The notes beneath the pieces are model-generated. The model saw only the letters and a program-made list of their open reading frames with translations, ran no database searches and was not told where the DNA came from. DNA of 62,302 nucleotides, counting the filler, from Candidatus Woesearchaeota archaeon (lineage in GTDB: Archaea; Nanobdellota; Nanobdellia; Woesearchaeales; WJIZ01): the NCBI GenBank assembly GCA_018221205.1. It is 9 parts of 9 records of this genome, joined end to end, with 100 filler letters (N's around TTAATTAATTAA, not from the genome) between each part and the next. Parts side by side here need not be neighbours in the genome. Positions count along the whole stretch, not along the records: positions 28,662 to 45,795 come from JAAOYF010000006.1; positions 45,896 to 51,963 come from JAAOYF010000007.1; 7 more parts are not named here. One strand, given 5' to 3'. Shown one piece after another: positions 40,504 through 49,136 of the stretch. Both the position numbers and the translations under genes were made by a program. Numbering within the stretch: position 1 is the first letter of the stretch; each line of letters starts with the position of its first letter.

Positions 40504-40790
40504 TCTCTCACCTTCGGCAGTTCGATGATCATCTTTTTACCCTCTAAAAAAGACAAGTGCTTATTCCACCCCTCTGTCGGGTGTTTATCTCCTAGTTTGA
40601 TCATTTCGTTCACATCATAATGCTTGATAAGATCAGCGACTCCCTCTCCATTGAATTCAATCTCGATCCCGATATTATCATAGCTTTTATCTTCATGCTG
40701 GATCGCACCAGTGGCGAAGATATGTGGAACCAGTTGCTCTCCTAACTGCTTCACATACACATTGATGATGACCGCTATAATCTTTTCCAT
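40500..40790 (-). CDS. Hypothetical protein, paralog of the adjacent gene
   Basis: MEKI...F..G.I.HE...N..IEI...G....L.....HLSFLEGKKMIIEL. Confidence 0.65.
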   Translation of the reverse strand: MEKIIAVIINVYVKQLGEQLVPHIFATGAIQHEDKSYDNIGIEIEFNGEGVADLIKHYDVNEMIKLGDKHPTEGWNKHLSFLEGKKMIIELPKVRE

Positions 40791-40791
40791 C

Positions 40792-41064
40792 TTAATCAGT
40801 CAATTTGATGATGATCTTTCCGCCTTCGAGATAAGCCAGATGCTTTTCAAAGAGAGACATAGATTCTTGCAGGCCTTCTCTTCCATATTCTTCCCTTAAT
40901 TTCTGGATAGAAGGCCCTTTCATCCTGATCTCCATATTCATCTTGTCCTTTCCGAAGATAGCCCCTTCATGATGGACACTTCCCTCAATGAAGAGATCGA
41001 TGTTGCTTCCATCTTTCTCGCTGTCTGTCCGAGCCTCTTTGACGATGCCGGTGATCTTTTCCAT
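40792..41064 (-). CDS. Hypothetical protein, paralog of the adjacent gene
   Basis: MEKI...F..G.V.HE...NMEI...G....L.....HLAYLEGGKIIIKL. Confidence 0.65.
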   Translation of the reverse strand: MEKITGIVKEARTDSEKDGSNIDLFIEGSVHHEGAIFGKDKMNMEIRMKGPSIQKLREEYGREGLQESMSLFEKHLAYLEGGKIIIKLTD

Positions 41065-41158
41065 ACTCAAAAGGCAAGGCATCTCTATTTTTAAATCTTT
41101 ACACTGGACAGTCCAGTGTCTGAGTGAGATATATAAGGCTCTCCTCCAAAGGATATAC

Positions 41159-41917
41159 ATGATTCAGCAGACTTTCCAGATCCTAGAGCGCGTAGGCGAG
41201 AAAAAAGAGCAGAATCTCTGGCAGCAGGGCATTCCGGATTGGGATGCCTTCATCCAGAAGCAGGCTATCAAAGGCGTTCCAGAGGAGAAGAAAGCCTATT
41301 TCAACAGGCAGCTGCATTATTCAAAAAAAGCCCTCTTCAACCAGGATTCCAGCTATTTTCTCAATAAGCTTCCTTCAACAGAGACATGGCGTTTATATGG
41401 TGTGTTTAGGGAAGAGACAGTCTTTTTAGACATCGAGACTGATGGTTTAGGTGCTGATGCAGACATAACTGTTATCGGCCTATTCAATGGCCTAGAGACA
41501 AAATCCATGATCAAAGGGATCAACTTAGACTATCAAGTATTGAAGCATGAGCTTTCAAAGTACAAATTGATCGTAACCTTTAATGGCGCAAGCTTTGACC
41601 TTCCCTTCATAAGAAAGCGATATGATATCCTGCCTCCAGTGCCTCATATTGACTTAAGGCACCTCTGCGCACGTTTAGGGTTGACAGGAGGATTAAAAGA
41701 GATAGAAAAGAGATTCAATATCAACAGAAGCAGGATAATAGAGAAGTTCTCAGGAGGAGATGCCTTGACTTTATGGAAGATGTATCGGGCAACCGGAGAT
41801 GACTATTATCTGAAGCTCTTAGTAGAATACAATGAGGAGGATGTCATCAATCTGAAAAAGATCATGAATCATTGCTATGGGGAACTTTCCAAAAAACTGA
41901 AACTTTATATAGCGTAG
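41159..41917 (+). CDS. RNase H-like (YprB/DnaQ-like) exonuclease
   Basis: FLDIETDG, TFNGASFDLPF, HIDL, GGLKEIE, YNEEDV. Confidence 0.88.
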   Translation: MIQQTFQILERVGEKKEQNLWQQGIPDWDAFIQKQAIKGVPEEKKAYFNRQLHYSKKALFNQDSSYFLNKLPSTETWRLYGVFREETVFLDIETDGLGADADITVIGLFNGLETKSMIKGINLDYQVLKHELSKYKLIVTFNGASFDLPFIRKRYDILPPVPHIDLRHLCARLGLTGGLKEIEKRFNINRSRIIEKFSGGDALTLWKMYRATGDDYYLKLLVEYNEEDVINLKKIMNHCYGELSKKLKLYIA

Positions 41918-42006
41918 AGCTTTACTTCTCTCGGGGAAAAATGAGCTTCATTCACTATAACCGCAAAACATTAGATTTATAAATACCCTTAAATGAGGTG
42001 ATTGAG

Positions 42007-42309
42007 ATGGAAGACAAGATAAAGGTAACAGGAGATTACTCCAGGATCAATGATGAAGAGAAGAAATTCTTCAATAGACGTATTGATAAATTCATCGAGA
42101 AGCATGATAATGATTTCTCAGAGATGCTCATCAACTTAGATTGCCATACTCATAAGGAGACCTCTCGTGGTCGTCCTTCATATCATTGCAAATTGACCGT
42201 CCACACTGATCAAGGCAAGTTCCATGCTGACAGTCATGATTTCGGAGGGGAGAAATCTTTGTCAGGCGCTTTGGCCAAAGTAGAGAAGCAGATGCAAAAA
42301 AAGAGATAA
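42007..42309 (+). CDS. HPF/RaiA-like ribosome-associated protein (putative)
   Basis: ~100 aa with beta-alpha-beta-beta-beta-alpha pattern ending ALAKVEKQM. Confidence 0.55.
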   Translation: MEDKIKVTGDYSRINDEEKKFFNRRIDKFIEKHDNDFSEMLINLDCHTHKETSRGRPSYHCKLTVHTDQGKFHADSHDFGGEKSLSGALAKVEKQMQKKR

Positions 42310-42313
42310 TTCT

Positions 42314-42817
42314 ATGAAACCGACAACATCTCCTCATATACGGGTAGCTCGATCCAAAATCCACAGTACTGGTGTCTATGCAAAAAAAGGCATCAGGAAG
42401 GGGACGAAAATAATTGAGTATGTGGGAGAAAAGCTCACAAAGAAAGAATCTGACAAAAGAGCAGATGTCGCTCTGGACAAGCATGCCAAAGACAAGAATA
42501 ATGGCGCAGTCTATATCTTCGAACTGAACAAGAAATATGATATTGATGGTGATTTCTACTTCAATACAGCCAAATTCATAAATCACTCCTGCAATCCAAA
42601 CTGCGATGTCGAGATCAGCAATGATAAGATCTGGATCATCGCCTTGAGACAGATCAAGAAAGGAGAGGAATTGAGCTATAACTATGGCTATGATTATGAA
42701 GACTATGAGGATCATGTCTGCCACTGCGGCTCTGACAAATGCGTCGGCTATATCCTCTCTGAGGATCATTGGCCAAAACTGAAGAGATCATTGGCAAGAA
42801 AAAAGAAGAAACGTTAA
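42314..42817 (+). CDS. SET-domain protein-lysine methyltransferase with post-SET
   Basis: SKIHSTGVYA, IIEYVGE, AKFINHSCNPN, IKKGEELSYNYG, CHCGSDKC.G. Confidence 0.95.
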   Translation: MKPTTSPHIRVARSKIHSTGVYAKKGIRKGTKIIEYVGEKLTKKESDKRADVALDKHAKDKNNGAVYIFELNKKYDIDGDFYFNTAKFINHSCNPNCDVEISNDKIWIIALRQIKKGEELSYNYGYDYEDYEDHVCHCGSDKCVGYILSEDHWPKLKRSLARKKKKR

Positions 42818-42843
42818 TAAACTCACTTGGGATTTCTCTACGA

Positions 42844-43758
42844 ATGCAAGAAAAACCGTTGATTGGAGGGCAGGCAGTCATTGAAGGAGTGATGATGCGC
42901 TCCCCTGGCTATTATGCCACTGCTGTCCGGAATGACAAAGGAAAGATAGTCACTCAACTGAAAAAAGCATGGATCAAGCCTTCTCTCACGAAGATCCCTT
43001 TTTTGCGGGGAGTCATAAATCTATTTGAGATGTTGATCATCGGCATAAAGTCATTGACATGGGCAGCAAACCAGTTCGAGGATGATTCTGAAGATCTGAC
43101 AACAACCCAATTGGTGCTTACCCTGACATTCTCCTTTACCTTGGCGCTTGGCTTTTTCGTCGCTTTGCCTTATCTCCTGAGCGTCTTGACAGGAGTCAAT
43201 GAAGAGGCCTCTCCTTTTCTTTTCAATCTCATCGATGGAGTGATCAAAGCAGTCATATTAGTATTATATCTCTACCTTATCTCGTTCATGAAAGATATCA
43301 AGCGCGTTTTCCAGTATCATGGGGCAGAGCATAAGACGGTCTATTGTTATGAAAATGCAAAGCCTTTGACAGTGAAGAACGTCCAGAAATTCTCCACCTT
43401 GCATCCACGGTGCGGGACAAGCTTCATCTTATTGGTGGTCATGGTCAGCATATTCTTCTTTGCCTTGATCCCGCCGATAATTTTAGGGCTCTTTCCGAAT
43501 TTTCTTAATCTTCATTTCATCTGGAGAAAAGCGATATTATTCTTCCTTAGGATACTCATGCTTCCTGTCATCGCAGGTTTTACCTATGAGATGCTCCGGT
43601 TCAGCGCAAAGCATACTGAGAATCCTTTGATGAAGATGGTAAGTGCACCTGGATTATGGCTCCAGAGAATAACCACAAATAAGCCTTCTGATAAACAAGT
43701 AGAAGTCGCCATTACTTCAATGAAATTGGTGTTGAAGAAAGAAAAAATAAAAAATTAG
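42844..43758 (+). CDS. DUF1385 membrane protein
   Basis: IGGQAVIEGVMMR, FQYHGAEHK, HPRCGTSF, PGLWLQRITT. Confidence 0.93.
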   Translation: MQEKPLIGGQAVIEGVMMRSPGYYATAVRNDKGKIVTQLKKAWIKPSLTKIPFLRGVINLFEMLIIGIKSLTWAANQFEDDSEDLTTTQLVLTLTFSFTLALGFFVALPYLLSVLTGVNEEASPFLFNLIDGVIKAVILVLYLYLISFMKDIKRVFQYHGAEHKTVYCYENAKPLTVKNVQKFSTLHPRCGTSFILLVVMVSIFFFALIPPIILGLFPNFLNLHFIWRKAILFFLRILMLPVIAGFTYEMLRFSAKHTENPLMKMVSAPGLWLQRITTNKPSDKQVEVAITSMKLVLKKEKIKN

Positions 43759-43762
43759 GGAA

Positions 43763-44053
43763 TTATCGTTTCTTCTTCTTAGCTTTTTTCTTGGCTTTCT
43801 TCTTCTTAGCCTTCTTCTTTCTTCTCTTGCCGCCTCGCGACATGACTGCAGAAGAGATATCTCCTTTCTTATCGATGAAATAGAGCAATCCTTTCTTCTT
43901 CTTGATGCCTACTTTAGCGACGACTTCAATCTTTCCTTTCCCTTTCTTCTTTCCTCTAGCCATTTTGGCTCTGGCGACATTTCCTTTCTTATCGACAAAG
44001 TAGAGGTATCCCTTTGCCTTCTTGACGCCAACTTTAGTTACTTTTGTTGCCAT
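43763..44053 (-). CDS. Cc1-like small basic chromatin protein with Lys-rich tail
   Basis: Internal repeat KVGVKK.KGYLYFVDKKG / KVGIKKKKGLLYFIDKKGD; tail KKKAKKKKAKKKAKKKKR. Confidence 0.75.
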   Translation of the reverse strand: MATKVTKVGVKKAKGYLYFVDKKGNVARAKMARGKKKGKGKIEVVAKVGIKKKKGLLYFIDKKGDISSAVMSRGGKRRKKKAKKKKAKKKAKKKKR

Positions 44054-44183
44054 GTGGTTTCATCCCCCGTTGTTTTTTTAGACGAGAATGATTCTCGTTA
44101 CCCATTTCCACGAGGAACAAGTATATAAATGTTACGCTTTTCTAGACGAGAACTCGAGGAGAAAACATCAAAAAATGCTGCTG

Positions 44184-45443
44184 TCAGATAAAATCGCCCA
44201 ATCCGCGTTGTTTCGGTTTGAACTCTTCTTTTTCCAAAACAGCTTCTGTAATGATTTGCGGAACTCCATACACACCGTCATAGCCAGGAACGATCTTAAT
44301 CTTCCCTTCCCTGTTATTGATGATGACTTCCGCAATTTTCTCATTTGAAAGCTGAGTTAATTCTTCTTTTGAAATCGTCCTGAGTATATCATATTCAGAC
44401 CGGTCTTGAGCAACAAGCTTATGGTACTCTGTCCACACTGTCTTTGTTGCAACTGCTTTCTTCAGCAACATACTTAAAATATCTGATAACGGGATCATCC
44501 TCGAAAAAGGGATAGCATCTTTTTTCTGATAGCCTTCTTCCCTGTCTGCCAATTCTTCTACTCTTTGCTCAACCCCCACAGTCAGCTGCTTTCCGCATTT
44601 AGGGCAGATGTTCTTATGCTTCACCGCTTCCTTAGGGCTTAAGTTGACATCGCAGTTCCGATGGCCTGTCCAATGATACTTTCCAAAAGCAGGATCCACC
44701 TCGATCGTCTCGGTAAAACCCTTTCTTGTCTTCATGACATCCATGATTGCCTTATACGAAAGCTCTTTCAGCTCGAACACGTTCGCCTCTCGCCCCATCC
44801 TCCACGGCCAGAAGCTATGCAGGTCAGAATTGCTTACTAAAGTATATTTATCTAACTGGCTCAATCTCCAGTTCATCTCAGGGTCAGAGCTCAATCCAGT
44901 CTCCAGAGCAAAGATATGTTTTTCCATATCTCCAAAACATTCCTTGACAGAGTCGAATCCACTGTTGGCGCCAAACATGCTGAACCATGGTGTCCAGATA
45001 TGGGCAGGGATGATCTCAATACGTTCATCTATCGCCTTTAATCTCTCAACGAATTCAGGACAGGGAATGCCGAAGATAGGCCTGCCGTCATAATCAACTC
45101 TCCCTTTTGTCAGTAACCAGTCAGTTATTTTTTTGACTGTATCTAGATCAGGAGCATAGACGCAATTATGGACTTTCCTCCCTTTTCCACCTTGAGAATA
45201 GATCAAGGAGATCTCTGTCTGCAGCATGAACGGAAACCCGGTCTTGGTTTTCAGAATCCCAGAACCATCTTCAATGAGTTCTTCTTTCAGCTGAGCAGAC
45301 CATTCTGGATGGGTAAAATCCCCTGTGCCCAGTAAAGAAACGCCTTTCACGCGAGCCCATTTCTCTAAATTGGCAAGATCAAGCTCTCTCCCAGTAGCCC
45401 GGCTATATTTAGAATGGATATGCAAGTCAGCGATGAGTTCCAT
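44184..45443 (-). CDS. endoQ: Endonuclease Q family protein (PHP domain + Zn finger)
   Basis: ADLHIHSKYSRAT, GTGDFTHP, PAHIWTPW, ETGLSSD, SNSDLHS, GKYH..GHRNC, CPKCG, PGYDGVYG; PIP-like QRGLGDF. Confidence 0.92.
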   Translation of the reverse strand: MELIADLHIHSKYSRATGRELDLANLEKWARVKGVSLLGTGDFTHPEWSAQLKEELIEDGSGILKTKTGFPFMLQTEISLIYSQGGKGRKVHNCVYAPDLDTVKKITDWLLTKGRVDYDGRPIFGIPCPEFVERLKAIDERIEIIPAHIWTPWFSMFGANSGFDSVKECFGDMEKHIFALETGLSSDPEMNWRLSQLDKYTLVSNSDLHSFWPWRMGREANVFELKELSYKAIMDVMKTRKGFTETIEVDPAFGKYHWTGHRNCDVNLSPKEAVKHKNICPKCGKQLTVGVEQRVEELADREEGYQKKDAIPFSRMIPLSDILSMLLKKAVATKTVWTEYHKLVAQDRSEYDILRTISKEELTQLSNEKIAEVIINNREGKIKIVPGYDGVYGVPQIITEAVLEKEEFKPKQRGLGDFI

Positions 45444-45474
45444 AGGAAGCATGAGAGCAAAGATTTATTTAAAG

Positions 45475-45738
45475 TTATCCGTACCCGATCCAACCATCAA
45501 TGCGTTGAGTTCTACCACTATTGGATTTTCCTTTCTGATCAAGATTTCCGAGATATCTTTTCTCTCCGCGTAAATAACAAAGAAACCGATTATCAACAGG
45601 AAGCGCATTCATAGGGGAATAAGTGAGTGGTTTTGGCTCAGGATCTTGGATAGGGCTACCTTGAAAAGGTTCAACAGAGGGCTTATCAGCAGGTGCTCCA
45701 CCCAAAGCGATGGCCAAAATAACTGTTACTAATCCCAT
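45475..45738 (-). CDS. Small secreted hypothetical protein
   Basis: Hydrophobic N-terminus; upstream TATA-like site. Confidence 0.4.
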   Translation of the reverse strand: MGLVTVILAIALGGAPADKPSVEPFQGSPIQDPEPKPLTYSPMNALPVDNRFLCYLRGEKRYLGNLDQKGKSNSGRTQRIDGWIGYG

Positions 45739-45895
45739 AATCAATCAAAACCACTTCCCATTTAAGCTCTTTTCTATCAAAACCTTTAAATAAAANNNNN
45801 NNNNNNNNNNNNNNNNNNNNNNNNNNNNNNNNNNNNNNNTTAATTAATTAANNNNNNNNNNNNNNNNNNNNNNNNNNNNNNNNNNNNNNNNNNNN

Positions 45896-46666
45896 GGCAA
45901 TGCCTATGCAGAGGATATCAAGAGATTAGAAGTCATCCCGATCGAGAGCTGCTATGATGTCAAGATGGAGAACAGCCGGACACATAGGGTGCTTTATGAG
46001 ACATCAATCATCCCCATCACTTTGATCCACGAAGGGACGAAAGAAGCTATTTATACTGTTGTAAAGGAGGGAGAAGAGTGGATAAGCATCGACGCTGACC
46101 AATTCACCCTGAAGCCCGGAGAACGGTTTGCCTTCAATGTCATCGCACAGCCAGGAAACGTCTCAGAGGATAATTATTATGTCAACCTCAAGATGCAGAC
46201 CAGCGCTGTCGAGTACAAGAAAGTACTGAAGCTTAAGCTGCGAGAGGATGAATCATTCCTGCATAAGACCGGCGATTATATCTCTTTGAACAGGTATTGG
46301 ATCTATAGTGGAATCCTTGTCTTGATCTTAGTCGTTATCCTGCTCACTTATCTGAGAAATAAAGCAAAAGTTTGGAAGATACGAAAGTTAATCTATAGGG
46401 CAAGGAAAGAGGAAGTGAAGAAAAAGGCTGTCAAGAAGACCAAAAAAGCAGTGAAAAAGAAAAAGAGAGAGCCAACAAACTGGAAAGTGATCATCATCGG
46501 CGGCATCATCGCTGTTGTCCTTGGTTTATTGGCTACTTACACACCTTATCTTACCATATTCTGGGGCGCTATAGTCAGTGCAGCAATTGAGTATGGATTG
46601 TATGTTATCATCGGAGTATTAATTCTGATCATTCTATTGGCCATATTGAATAAAGTAGAAGAGTAG
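45896..46666 (+). CDS. Membrane-anchored surface protein, C-terminal part (5'-partial)
   Basis: Ig-like beta segment followed by three TM helices with a Lys-rich loop. Confidence 0.65.
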   Translation, partial: GNAYAEDIKRLEVIPIESCYDVKMENSRTHRVLYETSIIPITLIHEGTKEAIYTVVKEGEEWISIDADQFTLKPGERFAFNVIAQPGNVSEDNYYVNLKMQTSAVEYKKVLKLKLREDESFLHKTGDYISLNRYWIYSGILVLILVVILLTYLRNKAKVWKIRKLIYRARKEEVKKKAVKKTKKAVKKKKREPTNWKVIIIGGIIAVVLGLLATYTPYLTIFWGAIVSAAIEYGLYVIIGVLILIILLAILNKVEE

Positions 46667-46696
46667 TTAATTTAATAGAGGATTTCTTGTAATCGA

Positions 46697-47038
46697 TTAG
46701 CGTAATGGTATTCCATTCCTATAATTTACACAATAATTATTTTCACATTGACAATTCTCTGGCCATAGCTCAAGCGCAGCACAAGTTATTTGGGATGGGG
46801 GCCAGATGTAATCTGGTTTACCTTCGATAGATTCAATATTCACACAAGAAAATTTCCCTGTTTCGCAAATTCCAGTACCGACGTACTTAATTGTGCAATC
46901 CTCATTCGAATTACAAGAGTAATCAATTTTTTTATTGTGTGCTTCAACAGAAGCATTTATCACAATTGGATGCGTAAAATATGCTATGAGTAAGAACGCA
47001 ATCACACCTATAATCACGATGATAGCTTTCCTATCCAT
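46697..47038 (-). CDS. Membrane-anchored Cys-rich hypothetical protein
   Basis: N-terminal TM; C..NEDC...C...C...C..C.C....C pattern. Confidence 0.6.
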   Translation of the reverse strand: MDRKAIIVIIGVIAFLLIAYFTHPIVINASVEAHNKKIDYSCNSNEDCTIKYVGTGICETGKFSCVNIESIEGKPDYIWPPSQITCAALELWPENCQCENNYCVNYRNGIPLR

Positions 47039-47083
47039 TATCAAATTATTATCTAGTCTGTATTTAAACATATTGAAGAAAAG

Positions 47084-47199
47084 TGGGGCTGCAAGGATTT
47101 GAACCCTGATCTACCGGTTTAGCCTGCTTGTCATCGTCTTTCGACTCAGCGCTCCAGCAACTGGAGCCGGCCATACTAGCCAGATTATACTACAGCCCC
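47084..47199 (-). tRNA. tRNA-Trp(CCA) with 42-nt intron at 37/38 (47119-47160)
   Basis: Acceptor stem GGGGCTG/CAGCCCC; anticodon arm GCCGG-CTCCAG|A-CCGGT; T-loop GTTCAAATC; no encoded 3' CCA. Confidence 0.92.
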
Positions 47200-47242
47200 G
47201 CAACAGTCCAAGAGTAATAAAGATTTTATAAGGCTTTTTGTT

Positions 47243-47569
47243 TTACCAGCTTAGCTTATCGCCTGTCTTCAGAGAAGGATTCTCAGCCAGTTCTATGATA
47301 TATTTTGCCTTTTCTTTAGGGTAGCAGAACGAGATGAAGGGAAGCAACTTTCTTATCGCGACAACTTTCTTTTTTTCATCCAAATATACGACCCAGATAG
47401 GAAAGAAGACGAAAAGCATGTGCAAGGAAATACGTTGCTCTTTCGGGAAGACAAAGATAAGATTTCTTTTCTTTGAGAACATCAAACCACGCATTTTTGA
47501 TGCGATGGATGTACAGACTTTGAATTCCTTTGCTATGGTAGAATTATCTGAATTGATTATGCCTTCCAT
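47243..47569 (-). CDS. DUF192 protein
   Basis: KMRGLMF, LHMLFVFFPIWVVYLD, AKYIIEL. Confidence 0.85.
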   Translation of the reverse strand: MEGIINSDNSTIAKEFKVCTSIASKMRGLMFSKKRNLIFVFPKEQRISLHMLFVFFPIWVVYLDEKKKVVAIRKLLPFISFCYPKEKAKYIIELAENPSLKTGDKLSW

Positions 47570-48249
47570 TCTTTCTCTGCCAGTCCATATTTTTCTTTTG
47601 TGTCTGTGGGGAACCATTGGCCGTCATGGATATAAGCGAAAATCTTTCCTTCAGGAGAGATCTTTTCAAAACAATCTCTTTCGATAGAGGATTTTCCTTC
47701 AGGAAGAAGGTCGAGGATCTCCGGCTGCATGACGAAAGCACCCATGTTGATAAGATCTGTAGGAGCGTCCTCTCTCTTTGGCTTTTCTATGAATTCCATA
47801 ATCTTCTTGCCTTCGAGCCTGGCAACGCCGAAATGTTCTACATCTTCGCGCTTTGTGAGGGCAATCGTGACTAATGCTTTGTTGGCTTTGTGCTCTGCAG
47901 CCATCTTTCCATAATCTATATCCATCAGATTATCTCCCCAAGCAACGATGAAGGTATCTTTGAATCCTTCTGCAGCCTGTTTGATTGCTCCGCCTGTTCC
48001 TAAAGGATCTTTTTCTATGGAATAGCTCATGTTTACAGCTAATTGTTTTCCATCCTTGAAGAAATCCATGATCTTTTCAGCGAAATAACTTAAGGCCAGC
48101 ACCATGTCTTTTACTCCATGCTTCTTCAATTGTTCAATCGCGTACTGGACTGTCGGCTTTCCTTGAATAGGAAGAAGGGGCTTTGGAATGTTGTCTGTCA
48201 AAGGCCTGAGCCTTGTTCCCAATCCACCAGCAACTATGATCGCTTTCAT
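47557..48249 (-). CDS. NDP-sugar pyrophosphorylase (mannose-1-P guanylyltransferase-like)
   Basis: AGGLGTRLRPLT..PKPLLP, EKDPLGTGGA, FIEKP. Confidence 0.9.
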   Translation of the reverse strand: MKAIIVAGGLGTRLRPLTDNIPKPLLPIQGKPTVQYAIEQLKKHGVKDMVLALSYFAEKIMDFFKDGKQLAVNMSYSIEKDPLGTGGAIKQAAEGFKDTFIVAWGDNLMDIDYGKMAAEHKANKALVTIALTKREDVEHFGVARLEGKKIMEFIEKPKREDAPTDLINMGAFVMQPEILDLLPEGKSSIERDCFEKISPEGKIFAYIHDGQWFPTDTKEKYGLAEKEWKA

Positions 48250-48287
48250 GTTTTTTCAGGTGAAATATCTCTATATAATGGTTTTGA

Positions 48288-49136
48288 TTAGATTATCTTT
48301 ACAGAAGCATAACCCACGGCACTAGAATAATCCTCAACTACGTCTCCAGATGTATAATACTTCAAAAGCTCTGCTTTTTTCGCTCCCCTTAGCTTTGCGA
48401 ATTCGAGGAATACTGCTATAGGATATTTTCCGCAGATCGTTGCGCCTGTCTCGACGGTGTATTGGAGGAAGCCAGCAGCGTCTAATTTTCTTATGAAATC
48501 TAAAGCGCCTTGATCAAGCTTGTACATATTCTCTTTTATGTTTTCTGAAAACGGAGAATATCCATAATTCAAGCCGTAATGGGTGAAATCGGAACTGGTT
48601 ATTATCACCACATCTTTTTTTATCACTTTGTGCAAGGCTTGAGCTATCTTCTTGAAATCAAGATCAGGGGAAACTATGAGTGGGGCGATCTTGATATTGT
48701 TTTTCGCAATGAATTGCAGGAAAGGAACCTGCACTTCAAGACTATGCTCAGCTGCATGTGCTGCTTCATCTACTGGAATGGAAAGGTCATCCATTATCGA
48801 TTTCTGAAGCTCTGTATCGTTCTGCACTTTACCCAGCGGAGTCTCCCAGTCTTCTAAAGAGACACAAGTCGGATAGCCTCCATGACTCAAACCGAGAATA
48901 AGGAATGTTTCAGGTAGTCTGCTTTCTGCCAGCTCTTTAAAGCCATGGGCTTGACATGCTCCGCAATACATATAGCCTGCATGGGGAGAGATGATGCCTA
49001 TAGGGTGTTCTCTATCTTTTCTTTCTGGCAGGGATCCAGGCCCAAATCTCGAGAGAAAGCAGGATTTTATCTGCTCCTGTAGCTTTTTTGGAGAAGATTC
49101 ATAGAACTGTCCACTGACAGCAGGATGGCGCGCCAT
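48288..49136 (-). CDS. MEMO1 family protein (AmmeMemoRadiSam protein B)
   Basis: RHPAVSGQFY, PHAGYMYCG, EHSLEVQVPFLQ, SSDFTHYG, TICG, VGYAS. Confidence 0.93.
   Translation of the reverse strand: MARHPAVSGQFYESSPKKLQEQIKSCFLSRFGPGSLPERKDREHPIGIISPHAGYMYCGACQAHGFKELAESRLPETFLILGLSHGGYPTCVSLEDWETPLGKVQNDTELQKSIMDDLSIPVDEAAHAAEHSLEVQVPFLQFIAKNNIKIAPLIVSPDLDFKKIAQALHKVIKKDVVIITSSDFTHYGLNYGYSPFSENIKENMYKLDQGALDFIRKLDAAGFLQYTVETGATICGKYPIAVFLEFAKLRGAKKAELLKYYTSGDVVEDYSSAVGYASVKII

Noticed and set aside
42131..42769. 212-aa minus-strand ORF and similar long shadow ORFs (e.g. 3846-4328, 17086-17571, 61980-62288)
   Set aside because: Antisense to well-supported genes.
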